Shown in pieces: positions 55,592 through 64,000 of a stretch of 64,000 nucleotides of DNA (within the stretch, counting starts at the first letter, position 1; the number at the start of each line of letters is the position of its first letter). The translations under genes were made by a program, and so were the position numbers. This DNA is from a virus, in the IMG/VR virus record IMGVR_UViG_3300018916_000001, positions 32,001-96,000 of that record; one strand, 5' to 3'. Below the pieces are notes generated by a model that was given only the letters and a program-made list of their open reading frames with translations, was not told where the DNA came from and did no database searches.

Positions 55592-57287
55592 TATAGTAAT
55601 CCATTAGCTTTCATTAATAACCTCATGAGATATTGAGCTTTTCTATCAGTAATACCAGCTCGATTAAGTCCTGCTGTTACTTCTGTAGGTGCGCCAAGAA
55701 ATGTATCATAGATGTCTTTTCCATCAGTAGCAAAATCTTTAGCCTTCTTAGTAATGTCTTGAATCTCAGGTTCCATTACTTTATTTATTCGTTTAGCTAA
55801 CTCTCTTCTAGATAAAGTTCTATAATCTACTCCTTCTCCTTTAGTCATTAATTCATCGAAATTATCGTGAACTCTTTTAAGTCTTTCACTATAACTCTTA
55901 GGATTATTAGGTTTAAAATTACCAGACCTAACTTCATCTAGCAATCTCTTTATAATTTTAGGTTTAACTACACGAGCATAGATAGCAGATTCAGTACCTT
56001 TAGCTAATCCCCTGCCAGTAGCTTTAATCGCTCCTCTCCTACCTGATATTGCTTGAAGTGCTTTTTCCCATTCCTCAGCTTTTACTTCAATGCCAAGTTT
56101 CTCTGCTTCAGGGTCTTTAGCTAATTTATTTATTCGTGCAATAGCTAATCCCATCGGACTTTTACGTTCGGCTATTGAAGAAATAGCTAAGTCTTTAATC
56201 TTATCTTTTTCACTTACTACTTCTTTTACTTTATCGATACCAGTTATTTTTCTCCTAGATGCGTTAGGTACAATGTCATCTAGTAAAATATCACTTTCTC
56301 TTTTGAGTCGAGTTTTAACTTTACGAACTGCTTTATCTACTGGTTTATTTAATACAGCTTCAAAAGATGTTTTTTCTGGAGGTCTACCTAAACCACTTCT
56401 GCGAGTAGGATTTCTTAAAGCTTTCTCAATTTGAAGATTAACTTTCATCCCTAATGGGAGAGGCTCATATATATTCTTGTAATCACGTAAACCTTGTTGA
56501 GCTGGTGTTGTCTCTATTACTGGAATATTTACTCCTGCTTTAGAATTCGACTTAGGATTTTTAACTACGTCTTCTAATAAATAGTTATCTTGTGGTCTTT
56601 TTATTGTTTTTTTTTAGCAGGTGCAAGCAATTTGATTATTTTCTCTTCAGCTTTAGGTACTACCATATCTGGATTATTTATCTTAGTCTTAATAGGAGTA
56701 GTCCAGGGATCAGGAATATTATCTTTTCTACGAATTCTGTTTTGAGTTACTGGTTTTTTTACTGTCATCTTAGAACCTCTCACTCCTGATTTACTAGGAA
56801 TTGGAGTAGTCCAAGGATCTGGTAAAGGGTCAAAATTTTTCTTTATTTCTGTTGGTTTTTCAACTACTTTAGAAACTTCTGCTACAGGTTTAGTGTTTTC
56901 TACTACCACATCTTTAGGTTTTGTCGAAGTTGGAGTAGAAGCGGTTTTAGATTTTGGTGCAGAAGGAACTTTAAATTTTTCTAATGCTTCCTTATTAAAA
57001 GGATTTCCATCTCCAGGGCGAGGTGTAAGGTTTAGATTATCTACATCATCTACCTTAACCACCATACTCTTCTTTTTCTTAATTACCGATTTAAGATTAA
57101 TACCTTTCTTCTTTAAGAGTATTGCCGCTCCTAAACCAATGACCGCAGTAGTCCCTAACCCAATACCTATATTCCTATTTCGATCTTCATTTTTTTTCCT
57201 AAAGAAATCTTTAATTACAGTGACTTGAAATCCTTTTTTACCTTTAACTAATCTGTTGTGTCCTTTTACCTTATCTTTATTAAACAT
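55591..57287 (-). CDS. About 565-aa basic protein split at an A9 run (56607-56615): VKGH motif, Gly-rich TM, Pro-rich linker, RR-motif C-domain
   Basis: ORF 56601-57287 stops right after A9; the -1 frame is open from A9 into ORF 55591-56448. Confidence 0.7.
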
Positions 57288-57327
57288 ATTGAGATATTAT
57301 AGATATACATACCTATAATAGCAATAA

Positions 57328-57483
57328 ATGAAAGAAGAAGATTTAATTAAGAAACTCTTAGAGATATTAAAAAAAGAACCAATAACTATAAAAGGTAACG
57401 TTCTCTCTATAGGTAATCAAAAAATAAAAATATCTAATAGAGGAAACAGTATTACTAACATAAGACCTATACAAATTCGTTAA
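57328..57483 (+). CDS. 51-aa protein MKEEDLIKKLLEIL... (not in ORF track)
   Basis: ATG to TAA just upstream of 57488; N-terminus resembles the 63600 ORF. Confidence 0.55.
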   Translation: MKEEDLIKKLLEILKKEPITIKGNVLSIGNQKIKISNRGNSITNIRPIQIR

Positions 57484-57487
57484 ATCA

Positions 57488-59968
57488 ATGGCCGTTACTT
57501 ACGCAAATAGCAGAATTATTTTACCTAGTAGTTGTTGGAATGTTACTTCTTCTACTGGAGGTCAATTATCATCTCAAAATTTATACTTCTCATTACAAGC
57601 AGAAAATAGAGTAGGTAGAAATTTATTACTTATCTCTTCTTTAATTTCTATACCTACATCGGGAAAAGTTACTTTCACTATTAATTCACAAGCTAAACTA
57701 CCTACTGAAGAAATATTTAATTATGTAATTGGTGCTTCTACCACTTCTAATCCAACTACTTTTAGTCAGTTATTCAAAATCCCAATTGATTCATCTACTA
57801 TATTTCCAATCACTTTAACTATTAGTAGAGATATTTTTCTTAAGAGAGGTTATATAACTTCTGACGATATTTCTAGTATCCCTTCTAGTGATTTACTTCA
57901 TGGAATGCTAATTGGATATAACGGAACAGGTTTAATTTATGAGTATGACTCTTTAGATTCTACTACTCCAATAGATAATGAACTAACACTTTTAGCTGGG
58001 TCTAATAAGCGATTTAAAGCTAGAGGAACCTTTTCAACTTATATATCTTCGGTTTATGATGTTGATGGCTCTAGACTCGATTTAAGAGAAGAAAATGATA
58101 TTAGACCAATACTAAGAGATTATAATCCTAATGGTAGTGATTCTTCTTCTATTCGGTTATGGATAGATAATCCTAGTGGTTCTGTAGCGGTTGGTACTAG
58201 AATTACTTTAATAGTAAAATTAAATGAAAATATAAAGACTAACCTATTCGATAAGAAGATCCGTTACGTATTTGAAGGAATAGTAGATTTAAATACTTGT
58301 GTTCTTAGAACTACTAAGAGGGATGGAATTACACCTTTCGAGAAATTAGGAATCCCTTTAGTTTTTAATACTAACTCTCCAAACTTTGCATTAGAAGAAG
58401 ATTTACTTATAGGAGAAGCTTTATCTTTTAGTTTCTACTTAAACTTTTTAGGAGCTGAAATAAACGATTTCATACCAGAGAAATCTATAATATCTATTTA
58501 CCCTTCTTTCGTTTCTAATGTTGGAAATTATGTTGCAGGTTCAGAAGTTATAGGAGATTGTATATTTGCAGAAGAAGGTAGACGAAGAATATTACCTTCT
58601 ACTACTATTAGCGGATTAGAAGTTCTTTCTGGTAGTGGATTGATTAAGAACTATACATTTCCTTTATTACCTAAAACTACTATCTTAGGATTGATATCTA
58701 ATCTAGATAATCAAAAAGTTTTTATTAGTAACTTAGGAAGCTGTTATCTTGCTCCTACTAACGTACCTAATAATTCAGCTATAAGAGCCTTTGTATCTAC
58801 TTTAAGTGGACAGACGAGTTCTAGTGCTTGGAGTAGCTATATCTCTATTACTCAAAATAGTAATTTTACTCTTAAACTTACTTTACCTACTTCTATTAGA
58901 TCTACTTATCCAGATGTAATTGCTAATACTACTTCTACTTTCTCTATAGCTAAATTTGTCATTTATGTACAAAGACAATCTAACTCTGAAATACGTAAAT
59001 TTGAAATTAACTATACTACAAATCTATCTACTATCACTTTATCTGATTGGAATGCTGGTACTATAGTTTCTTCTATACCAACTAATAGTAATAGTAGTTT
59101 CAATCTATACAACTTACCTTACTTCATAGTAGAGAACGGATTGGGAAGTGGATTTGTTATAGGTAATTATAGATTCTGTATTGCTTATTCATATGATGGA
59201 AATCAAGTAACATCAATAATACATGACGTAGCTAAAGGATGTATAGTAGAATTAGATATGCCACTTTCACAAGCTCTAAACAATATGAAATATTTAGGAG
59301 AACCTTTATTTAAGGAGCAATTAGTTTCACTAGATACTACTTATATCCCAGATGGACATAGAAGATCTCTTAAAGGAACTGATAGTAGTTACTTAGATTT
59401 AGTGTTCTATAAATATCAGACAGGTGCAGGTAATAATATAACTAGCTTTAAACCAGGTACTTTACCTTCTAGTTCTCCGGGTATTTGGAAAGAAAAAGAG
59501 TCAGGACTTAACTTAGACCAAGTAAGTGCTTATGTGTATTCTACTATATTTCCTAATTTATCTACTCTCAATGATTTAATTAGATCAGTAGATGATAGCA
59601 TGATTCCTTTGATACTAGCTTTAGGTGGTGGAGAAAGTTCTAGTAACGGTACTACTACATCTAGTTCTCCTACTTCATCTTCTCAATTACCTGTAGTGGT
59701 AAATGGGTCGTCTATTACTCCTAATCTAACTGAAGGAAACACTTATTTATTTAATAGTACGGGAACTCTTAGTCAAATAAACAATCCTTTGAATATAGTC
59801 GATGGTCAGAGGTTTGATATACAAGTAAACAATACAGGAACTTATAATTTTAGTAATCAATATCAGTTACCAGAAAGCTATACTTCTGTGTTTTTAGATT
59901 CTAGAAGTACAATAAGAGCAGTAGACCGTGGTACATTAGTAGATATTATGATTTTTAGCGTGTGGTAA
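57488..59968 (+). CDS. Tail tip / fibre-associated structural protein
   Basis: 826 aa, Ser/Thr-rich beta protein in the tail module. Confidence 0.65.
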   Translation: MAVTYANSRIILPSSCWNVTSSTGGQLSSQNLYFSLQAENRVGRNLLLISSLISIPTSGKVTFTINSQAKLPTEEIFNYVIGASTTSNPTTFSQLFKIPIDSSTIFPITLTISRDIFLKRGYITSDDISSIPSSDLLHGMLIGYNGTGLIYEYDSLDSTTPIDNELTLLAGSNKRFKARGTFSTYISSVYDVDGSRLDLREENDIRPILRDYNPNGSDSSSIRLWIDNPSGSVAVGTRITLIVKLNENIKTNLFDKKIRYVFEGIVDLNTCVLRTTKRDGITPFEKLGIPLVFNTNSPNFALEEDLLIGEALSFSFYLNFLGAEINDFIPEKSIISIYPSFVSNVGNYVAGSEVIGDCIFAEEGRRRILPSTTISGLEVLSGSGLIKNYTFPLLPKTTILGLISNLDNQKVFISNLGSCYLAPTNVPNNSAIRAFVSTLSGQTSSSAWSSYISITQNSNFTLKLTLPTSIRSTYPDVIANTTSTFSIAKFVIYVQRQSNSEIRKFEINYTTNLSTITLSDWNAGTIVSSIPTNSNSSFNLYNLPYFIVENGLGSGFVIGNYRFCIAYSYDGNQVTSIIHDVAKGCIVELDMPLSQALNNMKYLGEPLFKEQLVSLDTTYIPDGHRRSLKGTDSSYLDLVFYKYQTGAGNNITSFKPGTLPSSSPGIWKEKESGLNLDQVSAYVYSTIFPNLSTLNDLIRSVDDSMIPLILALGGGESSSNGTTTSSSPTSSSQLPVVVNGSSITPNLTEGNTYLFNSTGTLSQINNPLNIVDGQRFDIQVNNTGTYNFSNQYQLPESYTSVFLDSRSTIRAVDRGTLVDIMIFSVW

Positions 59969-60162
59969 TCAATATGCAAATAGAACAATCTACTTATCAA
60001 CAGACTCTAATAGAACACTATTACCAGCTTTGTGGGAAACAGTTAAACGATATTATATCTTTACAAGCTCAAGTGGACTTATTGATAAAAGAAATAGAGA
60101 TAAGAGATAAGAAAATAGCCGAATTAGAGGTATTAGATGTCAACACGAATACTGATACTTAA
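59962..60162 (+). CDS. Small coiled-coil protein (possible fibre chaperone)
   Basis: ISLQAQVDLLIKEIEIRDKKIAEL. Confidence 0.55.
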   Translation: MVINMQIEQSTYQQTLIEHYYQLCGKQLNDIISLQAQVDLLIKEIEIRDKKIAELEVLDVNTNTDT

Positions 60163-61546
60163 AGATGGAGTTATTAAACCGGGTACTTCTTCTGATATAT
60201 CTCTAGTAGATTTAACAAGCAATCAGACTATAGGAGGTAATAAAACTTTTACAGGCACTATATCGGGGATAACACCTTTGATGGTAGGACTTGGAAATGT
60301 AAATAATACTTCTGACATTAATAAACCTGTTTCTACAGCTACTCAATCAGCTCTTAACCTAAAAGCTAATTTAAGCTCTCCCAACTTTACTGATATACCA
60401 ACTGTTCCTACAGCGAGTAACGGAACGAATACTACTCAGATAGCAAATACAGCTTTTGTATCTACTGCTATTGCCAATCTAGTAGCTTCTTCTCCTTCTA
60501 CTCTAGATACTTTAAACGAGCTAGCTACTGCATTAGGTAACGACCCTAATTTTGCTACTACTATTAGTACGTTATTAGGGTTAAAAGCAAATATAGCATC
60601 TCCTACTTTTACTGGGAATGTTGGTTTTAGTGGAACTTTAAGTTTACCTACTACTACAGGTACTACAATTGGAACTATTTGGCGTAACGGAAGCAATCTA
60701 GAATTTAAAGATACTTCTAACGTTACTCAGATAATTTTAAATAGTGCAGGTAACTTAAGCAACTTATCAGATAAACAACTATCTCTCAATAACTTAGTAG
60801 GAGCAGTTACATCAGGTAGTTATTTACGAGGTAATGGTACTAATGTTGTACTATCTGCTATTCAAGCTAGTGATGTTCCTACTTTAAATCAAAATACTAC
60901 GGGAACTGCTAGTAACATTACAGGTATTACTACTATAGCTAATGGTGGAACAGGAAGTAATACTAAGAATTTTGTAGATTTAACTACTAATCAAACTATT
61001 GCAGGGATAAAAACCTTTAGTGATACTACGGAATCTACTAGCACAACTACAGGAAGTAATATTTACCTAGGAGGAGTGGCAATAACTAAAAACTTAGCAG
61101 TTGGAGGCAGAATAATACAATCTATTAACTATACTTTTAAAGGTGCTGCATCTGTATTACAAGCTATTCCAAATGCTGTTTTTACTAAAGTCACGTTAAA
61201 TTCTGAGATAAATGATACTAACAATCAGTACAACCCAACTTTATCTAGATTGACGGCTGTTACTTCTGAGGTATGGCAACTGAGTTTGTATATTACTTTG
61301 AGACTAACAGCATCTACTAGAATATTACTATCGGTCTTTAAAAACGGAACTGAGGTAGGAGGAATCTCTAGAATATTAGACACTGTTGCAAACACAGGAG
61401 ACTTTGGTATTAATCTCTATATACCTGAATTTTCTTTAGTAGTTAACGACTATTTAGAAGTTTACTGTTATGCTACTCCTAGTATAAATGTTTTTGGAGA
61501 TTCTAGTTTGAATACTGTCTTTTGGAGCGGAAAGCGAATTAATTAA
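60137..61546 (+). CDS. Tail fibre with C1q/TNF-like C-terminal head
   Basis: VGLGNVNNTSD.KPVSTA, TVPTA..TNTTQIA.TAFV, PSTLDTLNELATALGNDPNFATT, VDLT.NQTI.G.KTF twice, LVVNDYLEVY. Confidence 0.85.
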   Translation: MSTRILILKDGVIKPGTSSDISLVDLTSNQTIGGNKTFTGTISGITPLMVGLGNVNNTSDINKPVSTATQSALNLKANLSSPNFTDIPTVPTASNGTNTTQIANTAFVSTAIANLVASSPSTLDTLNELATALGNDPNFATTISTLLGLKANIASPTFTGNVGFSGTLSLPTTTGTTIGTIWRNGSNLEFKDTSNVTQIILNSAGNLSNLSDKQLSLNNLVGAVTSGSYLRGNGTNVVLSAIQASDVPTLNQNTTGTASNITGITTIANGGTGSNTKNFVDLTTNQTIAGIKTFSDTTESTSTTTGSNIYLGGVAITKNLAVGGRIIQSINYTFKGAASVLQAIPNAVFTKVTLNSEINDTNNQYNPTLSRLTAVTSEVWQLSLYITLRLTASTRILLSVFKNGTEVGGISRILDTVANTGDFGINLYIPEFSLVVNDYLEVYCYATPSINVFGDSSLNTVFWSGKRIN

Positions 61547-61548
61547 TT

Positions 61549-61872
61549 ATGCCTATCATTATCACTGATTCAGATAATATCTCTACTATTAATACTGCTT
61601 CTAGATTACAAATTAATTTAGAGGTTGCTAACGAAATAGTAGAAGATATGGAAATAGAAGTCTTTTTTACTGTAGAAACCCAACTATCAAACGGCAGACC
61701 TATCGGACAACCTTATTGGGATTCCGAACCTTTAAAACTTAACTGTAGAGGAAATCCTAAGCTTACGGAAGCAATGAGAGTTATTCAAGAAGCTATTGGT
61801 TATTATAGATATTTACAGCTTACAACTCCCAAAGAAGTAAGTATTACTCCTAAAAAACCTATACCTGAATAA
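61549..61872 (+). CDS. Putative tail fibre assembly protein
   Basis: Directly downstream of the fibre. Confidence 0.5.
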   Translation: MPIIITDSDNISTINTASRLQINLEVANEIVEDMEIEVFFTVETQLSNGRPIGQPYWDSEPLKLNCRGNPKLTEAMRVIQEAIGYYRYLQLTTPKEVSITPKKPIPE

Positions 61873-61874
61873 CT

Positions 61875-62258
61875 ATGCCAACAACTCTTCCACTAACAGA
61901 AACTATAAATCTTAATGTAGCCCCAACTACTCTATTTCAAGCTTCCACCTCGACTACTTATTTTATTGCTAAAGTATCTCTAAAAAATGAAAAATCTGAA
62001 GCTGCTAAAGTAACCGTCAGACTAAATAATTTAGAGATTGTCAAAGATTTGATTTTACCTATATTCAATCAAGAGCCATTAGAAATTAACTCTCTCTCGA
62101 AATTAATACTTAGAGGAACTGACAAATTAGAAATTACTGTCATACCTAACAGTTCAACTGGAGCTAGTGGAGGTACAGTAGGGGGGTTTCCTTGGTATAC
62201 CAACGTAGAATCAAATGCAGCTACAATAATAATGACTTATGTTAAACAAACTAATTAA
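61875..62258 (+). CDS. Virion structural protein (beta-sandwich)
   Basis: KLILRGTDKLEI pattern. Confidence 0.55.
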   Translation: MPTTLPLTETINLNVAPTTLFQASTSTTYFIAKVSLKNEKSEAAKVTVRLNNLEIVKDLILPIFNQEPLEINSLSKLILRGTDKLEITVIPNSSTGASGGTVGGFPWYTNVESNAATIIMTYVKQTN

Positions 62259-62270
62259 TAAATAAAAATT

Positions 62271-62837
62271 ATGCCATCTTATCAAGTTACTCCTGGTTCT
62301 GGTCTACGTATTGCTTGCGAAACATATTTAGAAGGTTCTGATACTGTTAATATCCCTATTATCACTAATAAAACAATTTCAGTTTCCAGTACAAATACAG
62401 GTGTTACAGCTACAGCTTATGCAGCAAACCAATTAATAGGAACTTCTGCATTTACGTTCTCTAATATCTCTCTAAAAGCTGGATTGGGAGGAGTAATACA
62501 AAATGCTTCTTTATTTTGTGATGTACCTTCTACTGGTCAGTATTTATTAAGGCTGTTCGATAAACCTATTACTACTGCTTTCACTGATAAACTTCTTTAT
62601 TCTTCTTATGCTCTAACAGACCTTGAAGCTCAAAACTTTATAGGAGATATTGAATTTTCTTTCGGTTTAGCTAGCTCCCTCAACACTCTTTATGGTGTCA
62701 ACGGAGTATCAATGGCTTTTACTACAGATTCTGCTGGTTCTCCTCATATTTACGGACTTCTACTAGCTAGAAATGCGCATACTATGACGGGAGTTAGTAC
62801 CTCAGGTCTTCGAGTTACTTTAGAAGCATTGCTATAA
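62271..62837 (+). CDS. Virion structural protein
   Basis: TAYAANQLIG..GGVIQNA..LRLFD..IYGLLLAR. Confidence 0.6.
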   Translation: MPSYQVTPGSGLRIACETYLEGSDTVNIPIITNKTISVSSTNTGVTATAYAANQLIGTSAFTFSNISLKAGLGGVIQNASLFCDVPSTGQYLLRLFDKPITTAFTDKLLYSSYALTDLEAQNFIGDIEFSFGLASSLNTLYGVNGVSMAFTTDSAGSPHIYGLLLARNAHTMTGVSTSGLRVTLEALL

Positions 62838-62838
62838 A

Positions 62839-63321
62839 ATGAAAAGTCAGAATATAGCTAAGATAAATCCAATAATAGATATTACTTCTCCTGTACTTCT
62901 TCAATGTAAGAGTGGAGAATGCGGTAGTTGTCCTAACAATACTGGTAAAATGCTTTGGATACTAGGAGAGATAAGCAACATTGCTTTTAACTTTAGATAT
63001 AATTTCTTTGACAAAAGTGCAGAAAGTACAAGTAGTATTAGATATAACTTAGCTACTGGAACTATAAATGGTTCTAGCGTTAGTTACTCTAATAGACCGG
63101 ATAAAGCTTGGGCAATAGCTAATACAACGATAACTTCTAGTCCAAATCTTACCCCATCTTCTATGTCTGGGTATTCTACTTTATCTCATTCCTTTGCTGT
63201 TCCTAGCAGTGGAGGATGGTTATTCTTCAGACAACCTAATCCAGCTATTAGTAACATTCATGACGCTTTATGTTTTGAATATAACCATGAAAGACGATTG
63301 ATTACTTTTCGTTCGTTTTAA
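62839..63321 (+). CDS. Hypothetical tail-module protein with CxxxxCxxC
   Basis: CKSGECGSCP. Confidence 0.55.
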   Translation: MKSQNIAKINPIIDITSPVLLQCKSGECGSCPNNTGKMLWILGEISNIAFNFRYNFFDKSAESTSSIRYNLATGTINGSSVSYSNRPDKAWAIANTTITSSPNLTPSSMSGYSTLSHSFAVPSSGGWLFFRQPNPAISNIHDALCFEYNHERRLITFRSF

Positions 63322-63560
63322 CTACCATGTAAACTGTCCCAAATATCTACTTTTCTTTGTAGATTTAATAGGAGCTGAGTAGAAACTCCTAATCTAAGGT
63401 CAACCTCTACAGCTAAAAGATAAGTTATAGGTCTTGTACCTAGTAATACCTCTCTAAGTTTTAGGTTACTTTTACTAACCTCATTTATACTAATTCCTCT
63501 ATCTTCTAGAATATCTACTAAAATAGAACCAGGATGTAGAGGTTTTACTTTTCTCTGCAT
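63318..63560 (-). CDS. higA: HigA-family antitoxin-like HTH protein (orphan)
   Basis: PLHPGSIL..L..RGIS..GTRPIT..LA..L.LGVSTQLLLNLQ..VDIW; ATG at 63560 preferred. Confidence 0.75.
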   Translation of the reverse strand: MQRKVKPLHPGSILVDILEDRGISINEVSKSNLKLREVLLGTRPITYLLAVEVDLRLGVSTQLLLNLQRKVDIWDSLHGS

Positions 63561-63599
63561 TATGTTAGTTACAAAATTCACACACATAAATAATTTCCT

Positions 63600-64000
63600 A
63601 TGAATGACGACTTAATAGTTCAAAAGATTCTTAAGCTATTAGAGAACAACGCTGCTTTTATTGGTTATGCCCTTAACGGTGGAATTGGAACTAAGATAAA
63701 CGTCAGAAATACTGAGACAGGAAAAACTATTCAAGCTCTTAGTATTAATGTAGATTCTAGCGGGGAAGTTTTAGTTGTTAAAGATTCCGATGACGGTCAG
63801 TATAAAGCAGTTACATTCAAAGCAGCAGAACAAGTAACTGAAAGAATCATTCAGGTAAGAAAGACTAAGCCTGTGGATGACAAAAAAGTTATTGAATATA
63901 CAGATTCAGATATTGAAGTGTTTTATCTCTTTATCAAATTAATAGATACTGGTAGTCCTGTTTCTACTCAACTAACTTCTACTTGGATTAGAAAAGGTAG
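63600..64000 (+). CDS. Structural-module protein, truncated by the window end
   Basis: MNDDLIVQKILKLLENN... open to position 64000. Confidence 0.65.
   Translation, partial: MNDDLIVQKILKLLENNAAFIGYALNGGIGTKINVRNTETGKTIQALSINVDSSGEVLVVKDSDDGQYKAVTFKAAEQVTERIIQVRKTKPVDDKKVIEYTDSDIEVFYLFIKLIDTGSPVSTQLTSTWIRKG

Noticed and set aside
1-64000. CRISPR array, tRNA/rRNA genes, integrase, transposase, reverse transcriptase/DGR
   Set aside because: None seen; intergenic gaps are short and lack spaced direct repeats or cloverleaf signatures (by-eye inspection only)

Overview
A 64 kb, very AT-rich (roughly 30% GC by eye) slice of a large tailed dsDNA phage, most likely a long-tailed siphovirus of cyanobacteria. 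The host call is inferred from a C39-like peptidase with a cyanobacterial-type N-terminal domain and from cyanobacterial-type PAS domains. Positions 1-13.6 kb hold an accessory region: an SF2 helicase-like gene bracketed by inverted repeats, HicB-like domain proteins, MazG-like, ClpP-like and metallophosphoesterase genes, and several small paralog families. Positions 13.6-64 kb hold the morphogenesis module: TerL, a giant Mu gpF-like protein, prohead protease, scaffold, decoration protein, major capsid, a lysis-like cassette, connectors, tail tube, frameshifted tail chaperones, a 3220-aa tape measure, and tail tip and fibre genes. Antisense gene islands interrupt this module. No portal gene is recognisable. 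Best candidate for a new system: about 12 basic, glycine-zipper proteins scattered through the head module. Most carry a short N-terminal leader (x-x-F-[LIV]-G...[aliphatic/T]-x-[F/Y]|[S/G/A/K]) whose end motif recurs many times in the scaffold and protease, suggesting protease-matured capsid cargo. Two members carry enzyme-like payloads (alpha/beta hydrolase; HYD/HYE-type ADP-ribosyltransferase). Other highlights: a PAS-PAS-coiled-coil-TM protein directly after the endolysin-like and holin-like genes, a set of orphan antitoxin-like genes (HicB, YefM, HigA), a stand-alone CysRS anticodon-binding domain, and two genes split at poly-A runs. All family assignments are by motif recognition only; no searches were run.
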